This document shows positions 35,233-46,403 of a stretch of 64,000 bases of DNA, one piece after another (position 1 is the first letter of the stretch; the number at the start of each line of letters is the position of its first letter). Under the pieces are notes generated by a model, which saw only the letters and a list, made by a program, of their open reading frames with translations, had not been told where the DNA came from and made no database searches. Source of the DNA: an uncultured Thiomicrospira sp. (GTDB lineage: Bacteria; Pseudomonadota; Gammaproteobacteria; CAKMZV01). The position numbers and the translations under genes are program-made. The stretch is taken from contig OZ239628.1 in NCBI GenBank assembly GCA_965195345.1, forward strand, positions 352,001-416,000, written 5' to 3'.

Positions 35233-36084
35233 ATGTACGTATCAAGTCTGAATATCTTTCCAGTCAAGTCATTGAGAGGCGTCGCTTTGGAACAAAGTAT
35301 GCTGACTAAAAGAGGATTAGTGGATGATCGATTATGGATGGTAACGGATGCTAATTATGGTTTTATAACACAACGACAAATTCCAAAAATGGCAACTATT
35401 GAGGTCGATCTTTGTGAAAGTGCATTAGTCCTTTCTCATTTAGGGAAATCTCCTTTGATTGTTAAACGTAGTCGGGTATTGCAACACTTGGTATGCGCTC
35501 AAGTTTGGGCGGATAAATGTGCGGCATTTGATGAAGGAGAGCAAGCATCGAAATGGTTGACTGAAATTCTTGGACCGTGGAAAAAAAAACCACTTCGGTT
35601 AGTTCGCTTTGATGATACAAGCATAAGAGAAGTTCACTCTAAATATCTTCAAGGGGAAGAAGCTCACGCAACTTTTGCTGATCAATATCCATTACTAATA
35701 ACTGTAACTTCCAGTCTCCACGCCTTAAACGATAATTTAGTAGAGCGCGGTAATGCACCAATAACGATGGATCGTTTTCGAGCCAATGTTGTTGTCAATT
35801 CAAAACAGCCCTTTACAGAGCACTCACTCGATAATGTTAGAGAAATTAGTGGGCAATATACCATTGGGATGAGGAAAGCTTGCGAGCGATGTTCTATTAC
35901 AACCACCGATCAAGAAAGTGGAGAAATAATTGATGCATTAGAACCTATAAAAACACTGCGCAAAATTAACCCACAACCTAATAAAAAAGGTGCGTATTTT
36001 GGACAAAACGCAACGCTTTTATATGGAGAAGGATGCACTATTAAAGTAGGCGATATGTTGGTCCCGAGTGCGCAGTTGGCGTAA
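35233..36084 (+). CDS. MOSC domain-containing protein (YcbX/mARC-like)
   Basis: IFPVKS, DRLWMV, FADQYP, RFRANVV, CERC and FGQN. The ATG at 35233 lies just after the upstream stop. Confidence 0.9.
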   Translation: MYVSSLNIFPVKSLRGVALEQSMLTKRGLVDDRLWMVTDANYGFITQRQIPKMATIEVDLCESALVLSHLGKSPLIVKRSRVLQHLVCAQVWADKCAAFDEGEQASKWLTEILGPWKKKPLRLVRFDDTSIREVHSKYLQGEEAHATFADQYPLLITVTSSLHALNDNLVERGNAPITMDRFRANVVVNSKQPFTEHSLDNVREISGQYTIGMRKACERCSITTTDQESGEIIDALEPIKTLRKINPQPNKKGAYFGQNATLLYGEGCTIKVGDMLVPSAQLA

Positions 36085-36123
36085 TACGTATATATAAATA
36101 TTTAATAAAACGAGAGTTAAAAA

Positions 36124-36588
36124 ATGGAAAAAGCATGTTTTGGAGCAGGGTGTTTTTGGGGTATTCAACAACGGTTTGCTCGTTTAGATGGTGTCATTGA
36201 TACCCAAGTTGGCTATAGTGGGGGGAATACCAACAATCCAACCTATAAGGAAATTTGTTCGGGAACTACCAATCATGCAGAAGTGTGTGAAGTACATTTT
36301 GATCCGCAGAAAAATTCTTTTGAACAGCTTATTGAAGTCTTTTGGAAGATGCATGATCCAACCACGTTAAATCGTCAGGGTCCAGATTTTGGCACGCAAT
36401 ATCGATCGGCTATTTTCACATATAGTGACGAACAAGAACAAATAGCTCAACAGGCAAAAACGGAGGCCGCAAGTCGGTTTAGAAATCCCATAGTGACGCA
36501 AATTGCGCCCATTAATGTTTTTTGGCCAGCTGAAGACTATCATCAACACTATTTTCAGAAGCGCGGCATGGTTGGCGGTTGCCATTAG
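36124..36588 (+). CDS. msrA: Peptide-methionine (S)-S-oxide reductase
   Basis: GCFWG, GYSGG, HAE, QYRSAIF, AEDYHQ. Confidence 0.97.
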   Translation: MEKACFGAGCFWGIQQRFARLDGVIDTQVGYSGGNTNNPTYKEICSGTTNHAEVCEVHFDPQKNSFEQLIEVFWKMHDPTTLNRQGPDFGTQYRSAIFTYSDEQEQIAQQAKTEAASRFRNPIVTQIAPINVFWPAEDYHQHYFQKRGMVGGCH

Positions 36589-36663
36589 TGGAGTGCATAT
36601 AAGACGAGCCTCTCTTCGGAGAAGAAGTAGATATGCTATCGGCTGTATGGGCGAAGTGTTCGC

Positions 36664-38622
36664 TTAGCGTATATCCAACACTTGGTTAAGGTCTTGGCAA
36701 ACATTTTGGTCATTGCTATTGCACACCCTAATCGTTATTGTTGAAATGCCCGTTGCTACAGTACTGCTTGCTGCATAGGTAATCCTAGAAAAGGGTGTAG
36801 CAGAAAAGCCACCATTGTCATCCATCGTTGCTATTGATGAATTCGATGCCTCGATACCTTCAGGTAAATTTTGGTATTCAACACTCCATGAGTTGGTTGA
36901 ATCAGGGAAACCTATATCATAAGGCAAAAATGAATAGCTATTAGTAACCGAACTACCACGAACTATCTGACAACCATCTGCGCAAGGCAATCTACTGGTT
37001 ATCCTTACGGGTATTTTCCTAGTAGGAATTATTGGACTTAACCGAAGATCAAACGATATTCTCTCGTCATCAGTATGACGAACGAGATTCTCGACATAAA
37101 CTCCGAGTGCCTCAGCGATATAACCATCAGATGTTAGTGCAATGTTCAATTGATCCGGAAAGCTGTGCTCATACATTCCGATTATCGGGTTGTACCTCAC
37201 AGGAGTGTTTGTCCCTGTGCTGAATTGGACTGAAGCTGGAGAAGCATCTAACAACATATTTCCTTGATAAACCAAGAGTCCATTCACTGAATTAGTAAAT
37301 GATGAATGTCTTAGACTATAGTTGATCGTACTCGCCGCGATATTTTGTATCCATAAATCGCTCGCCCAATACCCTTGAAAATCAATTCTAATTGAATTAT
37401 GGCCTAAGGTGCTGTTCTCAGGATATAAGGTTACACTATATGTCTGAGTCGCCTCATTAGGAGGTGTGGCTTTTATTATTCTTGTTGAAGAACTATCAAA
37501 CCAGCCAGACATATTACGATTAAGTGGATTCAGGATATTGGAAAATATTCTAGATGAACCCATTAAGTCATAGAAATTAAAACTGTGGTTTACACAGATG
37601 TCACCTATGGGGGAAGTTGGACTATTACAGCTTAATAGCGCTGGATGGATGGCATTGCCCTTAGTGTGTATATATTCATGCACTAGAACACTGTCAATGT
37701 TGAAAAAACCATTGTTGCTGCTAATACACTCATCGCTTTGAGTAAATAGAACTTGGTGGCCAAAGCATTGGTCAGTCAATAAAGAGGAAGTAGAGCCATA
37801 AATGCCTATCACCGCAGTTTCGCCATAGCTCGTTCCAGCAATATTCACAGGTTCTTTTGCCGCTCCAGTATTTCCCATCAACCCTCCTGTATCAGTGCTT
37901 TCGTAGACGGCATAAATAATGTCATAATTTTGTGGGATGAACTGATTGGTCTGAACAGCCAAGATCACATCAGCGTTTGTCATCCAATAGTCTGGACCAA
38001 CTCTTGTGGCAGTAATCGTTGATATATTTTCAGCGGATAGGAAATAAGGTCCGAAACTATCAATTGTGCCGACTGACTCTTGATTCAAGCTCGCCGATTC
38101 TAGAAGTGTTCTCGCATTATTACTACCATTGTCTGCAAAACGACTGCTGATGGAAGTGGTTGTCAATCCAGTGGTGCTTCCTGTTTCTTTGAACAAAATA
38201 ACAGCTATACTTTGATCTCGTACAGCATCCTTAATCATTGAGAAACCAGCATTGATTGTTTCATTAAAACTCATGGAGATGGTTAAAGTACCATCAGCGA
38301 GGCTGGCTATATCTATATTTGGAAGCAGGAGTCTTGGGGTAAGTTGCATACCACTGCCATTGACGGTATTAGAGTTTTGGTCAGTAATTGAGTAGGTATA
38401 TCTTGTATCGGAGGGAATATTGCTAAAAATAATATCCAATGAATTTAATGGATATCTAGGAGAAATACTAATCTCTGGCGCGATCTCATTTCGTAGGTCG
38501 ATCATAGGATCAGTGCCATTTCCTAAATTCCCCGAACCGCCTTCTGTGCCGTCTGAACCACCACAACCACTGATGATAAGGAAACTCAAGGTGATAAGCA
38601 GTATTCTATTAAATCTTAACAT
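36664..38622 (-). CDS. Hypothetical lipoprotein with Ig-like segments and a zinc-metallopeptidase motif
   Basis: Lipobox ISGC followed by a Gly-rich linker; Ig-like DIASLADGTLTIS; HEYIHTKGNAIH; Met-turn-like YDLMGS. Confidence 0.65.
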   Translation of the reverse strand: MLRFNRILLITLSFLIISGCGGSDGTEGGSGNLGNGTDPMIDLRNEIAPEISISPRYPLNSLDIIFSNIPSDTRYTYSITDQNSNTVNGSGMQLTPRLLLPNIDIASLADGTLTISMSFNETINAGFSMIKDAVRDQSIAVILFKETGSTTGLTTTSISSRFADNGSNNARTLLESASLNQESVGTIDSFGPYFLSAENISTITATRVGPDYWMTNADVILAVQTNQFIPQNYDIIYAVYESTDTGGLMGNTGAAKEPVNIAGTSYGETAVIGIYGSTSSLLTDQCFGHQVLFTQSDECISSNNGFFNIDSVLVHEYIHTKGNAIHPALLSCNSPTSPIGDICVNHSFNFYDLMGSSRIFSNILNPLNRNMSGWFDSSSTRIIKATPPNEATQTYSVTLYPENSTLGHNSIRIDFQGYWASDLWIQNIAASTINYSLRHSSFTNSVNGLLVYQGNMLLDASPASVQFSTGTNTPVRYNPIIGMYEHSFPDQLNIALTSDGYIAEALGVYVENLVRHTDDERISFDLRLSPIIPTRKIPVRITSRLPCADGCQIVRGSSVTNSYSFLPYDIGFPDSTNSWSVEYQNLPEGIEASNSSIATMDDNGGFSATPFSRITYAASSTVATGISTITIRVCNSNDQNVCQDLNQVLDIR

Positions 38623-38734
38623 TCGTATTTTGAAAATAATGAACTATCTTTATTAATAACTCTGTGCCTCCACAAGCAGTACATTGTACAGGATATACTT
38701 TTTAACTGCCCTTAGTTTAAAGATTAAGGATTTT

Positions 38735-41164
38735 TCAGCTTTTCAGACGAGCATTGTCGGGGTCAAAAACAGGATTTAGTTCAACGTGACCATGGCGCAT
38801 GCCAAGTGTTGTTAGCACTTGTAAAGGCAAAGATTGTTGATTTATTTCAGGCGAAACATAAGCAAAAGCGAGACTGCGCCCGACACGATGACCAAATGCG
38901 CCACTGGTTGTCAAGCCAACAAGGATACCCTCAGAATAGACGGCCTCGTTGCCCCAGCATTCGCAAGGAATGTCATCATCAAAAACAATAAAGACTAATT
39001 GCTGATCAACGCTGTTTTGCATACGTTGAACGAGATTGTCTCGACCAATAAAATCTCGGGATGTATCAACAAATCTTTGCATTCCAGCTTCTACTGCGCT
39101 TATTTCTTCAGTGAATTCATGCCCCCAAGCACGATAGGCTTTTTCCATGCGCATGCAATTCATGGTGTATCCGCCAAAGTGGCAGAGACCTTTACTTTCT
39201 GAGCAGACTTTTTCCCCTGCCTGTTGCAGTGATTCATAAATTGACATCAATTGCCAAGTGGGCATGTGCAACTCGTAGCCTAACTCGCCAACATAGGATA
39301 CCCGTGTTAGCTGCACAGAGGCACTGTCGAATATTACATTTTTAGAGGAAAGCCAAGGCATAGCGGCGTTTGATAAATCTGCTTCAGTACAATGTTGTAA
39401 TACATCGCGTGATTTTGGACCTGTAACTAAAACGGCACCTATTGAGTCAGTAACGTTCTCTAAATGAATGTTAAAGTTTTTTGCATGCGTTTGCAACCAA
39501 TGAAAATCACGATGCTCAGCGGCGATTGCGCTTTGTAAATAGTAGTTTTCTTCATCAATGCAAGTAATGGATAATTCGGATACGATGCCACCATTTCGGT
39601 TATGTAGTAAGGTTAATCCGATGCGCCCTTTTTTTGGTAATTTATTAGCAGATAATTGATTTAAAAATATATTTGCATCTTTACCAGTCACTTTAAACTT
39701 CGCTGATCCAGATACATCAGATATTCCAGCTGAATTGTGAATTGTTTGACATTCTTGGGCAACGGCATAGTGCGCTTCACTGCGAGACCATGTAGATGCT
39801 TCTTTTGGTGTTTCAAGTGTCTTAAACCATAAGGGTTTCTCGTAACCTTGTACAACCCCGTGTTCAGCACCATTAGCAGCCAATTCAGCATAGAGCGGAC
39901 TAGTACGTTTTGCGCGGGCAACGTGTCGGTTTTCATTAGCGCCCATAGCAGTGTACATAACCTCATAAGATTCAATGCCTTTTGTAATGCAATAGTCTTG
40001 ATCTGCCCAATTACTAAAACGGCGAGAATCGAGGGGTGCCATATTGATTTCAGTTTGTCCGTGTACCATCCACTGCGCCATAAACTTGCCAACTCCACCC
40101 TGAGCAATGCCGATGCTTGATCCGCATAAATTCCAAAAATTTTGTAGCCCTGCTTGTGGACCCGCTAATAAGTTATCATCTGGTGTGTGTGTAATCGGAC
40201 CGTTGATGATAGTGCTAACACCGACTTCAGCAAAGGCAGGAGTGAGTTCCATGCAACGTTCAAGAAAAGGCATTAATCTTGTTAAATCGCCTTGAAATAA
40301 CTCCCGATCAAAGCCCCAGTCGACGCCATTCAAAGCCCATGGTTTTGATCCAAATGTTTCGTAAGGACCAACTAAAAAGCCGTCCCCTTCTTGACGAATG
40401 TATGAACATGAATAAGAGTCGCGGCATACTGGAAGCTCAAAATCAAGCGCTTTAATTGCTTCGTGCGCGTCTGTGACTAAATATTGGTGCTCCAAATTTA
40501 CAATTGGTAATTGCACACCTACCATATTAGCAACTTGAGGGGCAAAACAACCTGCCGCATTGACCACATGTTCGGCAATAATGGTGCCTTTTTCAGTCAC
40601 TACTTGCCACTCACCGCTATCTAGTGGATTGATTTCTAAAACTCTATTAAAGCGTTCAATAGTTGCACCGTTAGCGCGTGCCAATTGCGATAAAGGCATA
40701 ACTACAGAGGTCGGATCCACATGCCCATCATCTGGGGTGCTGACGATGGTGCGCGCACGTGAGAAATCCATTAAAGGGTTTAATTCTTGAGCCTCTTCTT
40801 TGCTAATAAAGTTAAAAGCACAGGGAACGTTTTTAGAACGACTCAACAAATTGTTAAACCATTCTTCTTCCAATGCGCTGTAACCAATTCTCAAACTGCC
40901 TGTCGTATGAAATGGCGTTGGTTCACCTGTTTCTTTGGGAAGAATGTCTCTATACAATTCAATCGAATATTGATGGATTTTTGCCACCGTCATGTTGCCA
41001 ATAAAATTGGAGCAAAGACCCGCAGCATGCCAAGTTGATCCGCTTGTAATTTCGCCTTTTTCAACAAGCATGACATCAGTCCAGCCTTCTTTGGTGAGGT
41101 GATAAAGCAGACTTACTCCAAGGGATCCTCCACCAATGATTAAAACTTGAGTATGTGTTTTCAT
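38735..41164 (-). CDS. Dimethylglycine/sarcosine dehydrogenase-like protein (FAD-dependent oxidoreductase fused to a GcvT folate-binding domain)
   Basis: IIGGGSLG, SGSTWHAAG, DGHVDP, NGPITHTPD, RVSYVGELGYELH, RMEKAYRAWG; 809 aa. Confidence 0.88.
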   Translation of the reverse strand: MKTHTQVLIIGGGSLGVSLLYHLTKEGWTDVMLVEKGEITSGSTWHAAGLCSNFIGNMTVAKIHQYSIELYRDILPKETGEPTPFHTTGSLRIGYSALEEEWFNNLLSRSKNVPCAFNFISKEEAQELNPLMDFSRARTIVSTPDDGHVDPTSVVMPLSQLARANGATIERFNRVLEINPLDSGEWQVVTEKGTIIAEHVVNAAGCFAPQVANMVGVQLPIVNLEHQYLVTDAHEAIKALDFELPVCRDSYSCSYIRQEGDGFLVGPYETFGSKPWALNGVDWGFDRELFQGDLTRLMPFLERCMELTPAFAEVGVSTIINGPITHTPDDNLLAGPQAGLQNFWNLCGSSIGIAQGGVGKFMAQWMVHGQTEINMAPLDSRRFSNWADQDYCITKGIESYEVMYTAMGANENRHVARAKRTSPLYAELAANGAEHGVVQGYEKPLWFKTLETPKEASTWSRSEAHYAVAQECQTIHNSAGISDVSGSAKFKVTGKDANIFLNQLSANKLPKKGRIGLTLLHNRNGGIVSELSITCIDEENYYLQSAIAAEHRDFHWLQTHAKNFNIHLENVTDSIGAVLVTGPKSRDVLQHCTEADLSNAAMPWLSSKNVIFDSASVQLTRVSYVGELGYELHMPTWQLMSIYESLQQAGEKVCSESKGLCHFGGYTMNCMRMEKAYRAWGHEFTEEISAVEAGMQRFVDTSRDFIGRDNLVQRMQNSVDQQLVFIVFDDDIPCECWGNEAVYSEGILVGLTTSGAFGHRVGRSLAFAYVSPEINQQSLPLQVLTTLGMRHGHVELNPVFDPDNARLKS

Positions 41165-41289
41165 GAGTCGTTATTTAGATTTTGTACGCATTATACGCAT
41201 TTAGAATTGTCACATAAAAGCGTTTTTTGTACGATTGATTACAATCAGTATGCAGAATTGGGAACCGCAGATGCGGCATAAGCTCAAAA

Positions 41290-42672
41290 TTAAAGCGATT
41301 TTAAAACTTCATCAAGGCATGTTTGAGCATTGCCAAATAACATACGAGTGTTAGGCATATAAAACAAAGGATTATCAACGCCAGCATAGCCAGTTGCCAT
41401 TGATCGTTTAAGCACAACACAAGTCTGACTTTTCCATACTTCAAGTACAGGCATGCCAGCAATAGGACTATCGGGTTGATCTAAAGCAGATGGATTGACG
41501 ATATCATTCGCACCAACAACTATCGTGACGTCAACATTTGGAAAATCATCGTTAATTTCTTCCATTTCAAAAACAATATCATAAGGTACTTTTGCCTCAG
41601 CTAACAGAACGTTCATATGTCCAGGCATACGACCAGCAACAGGATGAATAGCAAAACGTACATCAATGTCTTTCTTTTTAAGTGTTTTGGTGATCTCGGA
41701 AACCGTGTGCTGCGCTTGTGCTACAGCCATACCATAGCCAGGAACGATGACTACTCGTTTGGCGTTTTTGAGAAGTTCTGCCACTTCGTTGGCATCGGTT
41801 GGTGTTACTTCGCCCTCAATTTTAGTCGCTGCTGAAGGTTTGGAAATGCCAAAGCCACCAGAAATCACAGAGAGAAAATTACGATTCATTGCTTTACACA
41901 TGATGTAGCTAAGGATCGCACCAGAAGAACCTACCAGCGCACCAGTCAAAATAAGCAAATCATTGCTTAACATGAAGCCCATAGCAGAAGCTGCCCATCC
42001 TGAATAGCTGTTAAGCATAGAAATGACCACAGGCATGTCTGCGCCACCTATTGAGGCAACGAGATGAATGCCCAAGATCAAAGCCATAACCGTTACTAAA
42101 ATAAGCCAAATAAGTGCAGTATTTGAATCTGCTGTCGAGACAAATTGAATGCATCCATAAATGGCTACTGCAATAATTATTAAATTTATGACATGTTTTA
42201 AGGGCAATACTAAAGGATTACCGCTTATCTTAGCACTTAACTTGAGATAAGCAACGATTGACCCTGAAAAAGTAATTGCACCGATAAGAATACCAATACT
42301 TGTTTCAACCAGATTAATAGTGTATTCGACACCTACGTGCTTAATAATTGGGTCAAAGAAGTTCCCAAAACCAACGAGAATAGCAGCCATGCCTACAAGG
42401 CTATGGAGGACAGCTACAAGCTCTGGCATTTGGGTCATTTGTACTTTACGTGCCAATACAACGCCAATCGTTCCGCCAACGACCAGCCCCCCAATAAGAA
42501 TTACAATGTTATTGGAAGTGAGCGCAACGGTTGCTACTATAGCGAGTGCCATACCAATCATACCGTACAGATTGCCTAATCGAGCGGTTTCAGGGTGGCT
42601 GAGACCACGAAGAGTTAGTATAAATAAAATGGCGGCGCCAAGATAAGTAGCAGTTACTAAAGTTTCTAACAT
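41290..42672 (-). CDS. pntB: NAD(P) transhydrogenase subunit beta
   Basis: [49 protein letters not shown]. Confidence 0.98.
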   Translation of the reverse strand: MLETLVTATYLGAAILFILTLRGLSHPETARLGNLYGMIGMALAIVATVALTSNNIVILIGGLVVGGTIGVVLARKVQMTQMPELVAVLHSLVGMAAILVGFGNFFDPIIKHVGVEYTINLVETSIGILIGAITFSGSIVAYLKLSAKISGNPLVLPLKHVINLIIIAVAIYGCIQFVSTADSNTALIWLILVTVMALILGIHLVASIGGADMPVVISMLNSYSGWAASAMGFMLSNDLLILTGALVGSSGAILSYIMCKAMNRNFLSVISGGFGISKPSAATKIEGEVTPTDANEVAELLKNAKRVVIVPGYGMAVAQAQHTVSEITKTLKKKDIDVRFAIHPVAGRMPGHMNVLLAEAKVPYDIVFEMEEINDDFPNVDVTIVVGANDIVNPSALDQPDSPIAGMPVLEVWKSQTCVVLKRSMATGYAGVDNPLFYMPNTRMLFGNAQTCLDEVLKSL

Positions 42673-42709
42673 TATTCTTCCCAGATATTAATTTATTCGT
42701 TTAATTGGA

Positions 42710-44266
42710 TTATCTTTGAAACATGCCAAGCATGCGTTTGGTTACAGCAAAACCGCCAAAGATATTGATAGCAGTGATCGTACAGGCAATAGCAGCAAGT
42801 ATCAACACGATGTTTTGTTGAGAATCTATTTGTAAGACAGCTCCGACAATGATGATACTACTAATGGCATTGGTGACACTCATCAATGGCGTGTGTAGTG
42901 CTGGTGTCACATTCCAAACAACCATGTAGCCAATGAAGCAAGATAATATAAATACGGTAAAGTGTGCCATAAAGGACGCAGGTGCTGTCAAACCGACTCC
43001 AACCAAACACAACGCCCCCAATACAAATGCCCATGCAGACTTATTGGATGATTCAGGTTTTTCAGGGACAACAGGTATTTCCTTTGGTTTTGCAACTGGT
43101 GGAGCAGATACTTTCACTTCGGGAGGTGGCCAAGTAACTTTGCCATCGTGTACAACTGTCAAGCCACGAATAACGTCATCTTCCATATCAACTACGAGCA
43201 TTCCGTCTTTTTCTGGACACATGTCATTAAGAAGATGGCGAACATTGGTTGCGTAAAGTTGGCTCGCTTGTGTTGGCATACGACTGGGCAGGTCTGTGTA
43301 ACCAATAATGCTAACCCCATTTTTGACGACTACCTTATCCATTTGAGTGAGTTCGCAATTGCCGCCTTGTTCGGCAGCCAAGTCAACAATAACACTGCCA
43401 TTTTTCATGAGTGCAACAGTATCCGCTGTAATTAACTTAGGTGCAGGGCGTCCAGGAATGAGGGCAGTGGTAATGATAATGTCGACTTCTTTTGCTTGTT
43501 CAGCAAACAATGCCATTTCAGCCTTAATAAATTCATCACTCATTACTTTGGCATATCCACCTTCACCAGAGCCATCTTCTTCAAACGCCAATTCGAGAAA
43601 CTCAGCGCCCATGCTTTCAACCTGCTCTTTAACTTCAAGGCGCGTATCAAAAGCACGAACTATTGCCCCCATGCTGCCAGCCACACCAATAGAAGCAAGA
43701 CCAGCCACACCCACTCCAATGACCATTACTTTAGCGGGTTGAACCTTTCCAGCAGCGGTGATTTGTCCTGCAAAAAAACGGCCAAAATGTTGAGCGGCTT
43801 CAATAACTGCTCGATAACCTGCAATATTTGCAGTCGAGCTTCTAGCGTCAAGTTTTTGTGCTCTGGAGATTCTTGGAACATTGTCCATTGCCAAAGCCAA
43901 TAATCCTTTTTCCGCAAATTTTTTCAATAAATCTGGATTTTGGGCGGGCCAGATATGGGTAATTAGTGTTTGTCCTTTTTTAAGAAGATCAATTTCTTCA
44001 CAACCGAGATTTGACTGGAAACCTAATTCACCGACTTTAATAATAATGTCGTTGTTCTCCCATAAAGAACGCGCGCAGGAATCAATAGTGGCACCGGCTT
44101 CTTGATAGTCTGCATCACTGTATTTCGCTTCTTTCCCAGCGTCCTTTTCCACATTGACTTGAAAACCAAGTTTGATTAAATGAACGACCACTTCAGGGGT
44201 GATGGATACCCGTTTTTCCGCCGGGTTGGTCTCAAGTGGGATTCCAATTTTCATTCCAGAACTCAT
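42710..44266 (-). CDS. pntA: NAD(P) transhydrogenase subunit alpha (unsplit)
   Basis: PRISRAQ, GVGVAGL, TALIPG, DLAAEQGGNC, LHTPLMSVTNAIS. The ATG at 44266 has a GAGG RBS. Confidence 0.98.
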   Translation of the reverse strand: MSSGMKIGIPLETNPAEKRVSITPEVVVHLIKLGFQVNVEKDAGKEAKYSDADYQEAGATIDSCARSLWENNDIIIKVGELGFQSNLGCEEIDLLKKGQTLITHIWPAQNPDLLKKFAEKGLLALAMDNVPRISRAQKLDARSSTANIAGYRAVIEAAQHFGRFFAGQITAAGKVQPAKVMVIGVGVAGLASIGVAGSMGAIVRAFDTRLEVKEQVESMGAEFLELAFEEDGSGEGGYAKVMSDEFIKAEMALFAEQAKEVDIIITTALIPGRPAPKLITADTVALMKNGSVIVDLAAEQGGNCELTQMDKVVVKNGVSIIGYTDLPSRMPTQASQLYATNVRHLLNDMCPEKDGMLVVDMEDDVIRGLTVVHDGKVTWPPPEVKVSAPPVAKPKEIPVVPEKPESSNKSAWAFVLGALCLVGVGLTAPASFMAHFTVFILSCFIGYMVVWNVTPALHTPLMSVTNAISSIIIVGAVLQIDSQQNIVLILAAIACTITAINIFGGFAVTKRMLGMFQR

Positions 44267-44709
44267 GTTAACCTCTTGTAAAAATCTTTCCTGTGTTTGG
44301 TAATGCGTATTCAACGTATTTGTATTTCAGCATGCAGCAAAAACTTATCCGTTACGCGTTTTGGTATTGCCTCTATAGGCAAAGGGTTGGGTATTTTACT
44401 TTGTTCTGGCATGTTAGTTGGGTCAAAAAACGACAGTCATCAAAAAATTGCATTGGAAGACTTATGAAAAACATTTTGGTTACATCTTACAAAAAGCTGT
44501 TTTAAATTTAATTTAGCAGTAATTTCAAATGAAATGACGAGGCTATAGAAAGTAATAAAATTTGCGCTTTTAGTCGAGTACCGACTCAGATTATTAAATC
44601 TCTACTATGCATTGTGCACAACGCGCTACTCGTTTCTCACATCAACTATATTGGTACTATAATGCGCTATATATTTTTTTAATTTTTCAATTTAAAATAT
44701 GTAGTAGTT

Positions 44710-45516
44710 ATGACGGTGCAAAAATTTGACATAAAGGTTTTTGAAAAGGGCGTAATGTCGAGACGCGCTGTTGAACCTGTGGCAATTGAAAGCGCAGTAA
44801 GCATCACAGTTTATGAACGAGACGAAGAACATGTTTTGGTTACTACTTTATGCACGCCGTGTGATTTAAAGCAGATGGTTTTGGGTTTTTTGTTTTCGGA
44901 AGGTTTAATCAGCAGACATTCCGATGTTAATATTACTTTTAACGATACCAACCCTTTTCAAGCGCAAGTGAGATTCGTGCAAAAGGTTCATTGGAAGCAA
45001 TCTATACGATCTTTTGTGCAACATGGCGGTTGTGGTTTATGCAGTAAAGCAGTGTTGGAAAAAATTAATAAGCCAGTGCAAGGAATGGCAAAAGAAGCGA
45101 GGCTGCAAGTATTAACTCCAAGTAATATTATTCATCTTTATCAGCAGTTATCCCTCAAGCAACCACTATTCTCTGATACTGGAGGGACACACGCTGCAGC
45201 ACTATTCGATTTTAAGGGTAAGATTCTGGGTGTTTATGAAGATGTGGGTCGACATAATGCAGTTGATAAAGCAATCGGACATGCTTTACAAAATGATTGG
45301 GAAATTCATAATAAAATTTTATGGGTGAGTGGGCGCGCAGGATTTGAATTGGTTCAAAAGGCAGTGAATGCCAATTTTGCTGTGATGTTATCAATTGGAG
45401 CGCCTACGTCGATGGCGGTCGAATTGGCAGCGGGAACGGGATTGGTGTTAATTGGGTTTTTTAAATATGGAGAGGAAGGGCTCTCTGATAGTTCGTATAA
45501 CATTTATAATGAATAA
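44710..45516 (+). CDS. fdhD: Formate dehydrogenase accessory sulfurtransferase (FdhD/FdsC)
   Basis: GFLFSEG, GCGLC, TGGTHAA, EDVGRHNAVDK, SGR. Confidence 0.95.
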   Translation: MTVQKFDIKVFEKGVMSRRAVEPVAIESAVSITVYERDEEHVLVTTLCTPCDLKQMVLGFLFSEGLISRHSDVNITFNDTNPFQAQVRFVQKVHWKQSIRSFVQHGGCGLCSKAVLEKINKPVQGMAKEARLQVLTPSNIIHLYQQLSLKQPLFSDTGGTHAAALFDFKGKILGVYEDVGRHNAVDKAIGHALQNDWEIHNKILWVSGRAGFELVQKAVNANFAVMLSIGAPTSMAVELAAGTGLVLIGFFKYGEEGLSDSSYNIYNE

Positions 45517-45558
45517 TTATGTAAATTAGAATATTTTTGATTTGTTTTTCAAACTAAA

Positions 45559-45939
45559 ATGAACACTATGAAATTAAGAATTTGGGGGAATAAGATTCGC
45601 TTGCGTCTTAGAACGGATGATTTTGATGCATTGCTCAGTGGTGATGGGGTTGTTGAACATATGCTTGAGATGCCAAGCGAGCAAAGTTTCATGTATCGAT
45701 TGAAGGTAAGCAATGGCGAAAAAAAGGTCGATCCAATTTTTAAAAATGGTGTGCTTGATGTAGTCGTACCGATGAAAGCATTAGAGGCTTTGCTCAATTC
45801 GCCCGAACAAGAAGGACTGCATTATCAATTTGATACAGCAGGTACGCCATTAAAGGTTGCTGTTGAGAAAGATTTTCCGTGTCAACATGACCATGTTGAT
45901 GAACCGAATGATTATTCAACGTGCTTTGACAGATTTTGA
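45559..45939 (+). CDS. Conserved hypothetical protein (DUF7009-like)
   Basis: N-terminal MKLRIWGNKIRLRL and C-terminal VEKDFPC resemble a small uncharacterized family; the gene sits inside the FDH operon. Confidence 0.65.
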   Translation: MNTMKLRIWGNKIRLRLRTDDFDALLSGDGVVEHMLEMPSEQSFMYRLKVSNGEKKVDPIFKNGVLDVVVPMKALEALLNSPEQEGLHYQFDTAGTPLKVAVEKDFPCQHDHVDEPNDYSTCFDRF

Positions 45940-46403
45940 AGCCAATAGTTAGAGAGAATGCAATGAGTATTGAAGCTATTATTGATAAATGGATTGACCA
46001 GTCAGGTCCTTTGTTGCCTATTTTGCTTGATGTCAAGAAAGAATATGGCTCTATCAGTGATGAGGCAATCGATGAGATAAGTAAAGGGCTAAATTTAAGC
46101 CGTGCTGAAGTATATGGAGTGGTTAGCTTTTATGAAGATTTTCATCGTGACTCCCTCGTAAATTCTAAGGCAAAGCGCATTATAAAAGTATGCACTGCTG
46201 AAGCTTGTCAAGCTCAGGGTTGTCGTACGCTGGTCAACCAGTTGGAAGAAAAACACAAGCAGAAACTCAATGAGAAAGGAACAGATATCACTATTGAGTC
46301 GGTGTATTGTCTAGGAAACTGTGCGTTAGGTCCGAGTGTGATGTTAGGAGATTGCGTTTTTGGTAGAGCAACTTTGGAGAAAGTAGATAAATGGATAGCG
46401 TAA
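45936..46403 (+). CDS. fdsG: NAD-dependent formate dehydrogenase gamma subunit (NuoE-like, 2Fe-2S)
   Basis: NLSRAEVYGVVSFY, VCTAEACQA, VYCLGNCALGP. The true start may be the ATG at 45963. Confidence 0.93.
   Translation: MKPIVRENAMSIEAIIDKWIDQSGPLLPILLDVKKEYGSISDEAIDEISKGLNLSRAEVYGVVSFYEDFHRDSLVNSKAKRIIKVCTAEACQAQGCRTLVNQLEEKHKQKLNEKGTDITIESVYCLGNCALGPSVMLGDCVFGRATLEKVDKWIA

Noticed and set aside
44293-44505. 70-aa ORF in the pntA-fdhD intergenic region
   Set aside because: Non-ATG start, no recognisable motif or RBS, and it overlaps the likely pntA promoter region.
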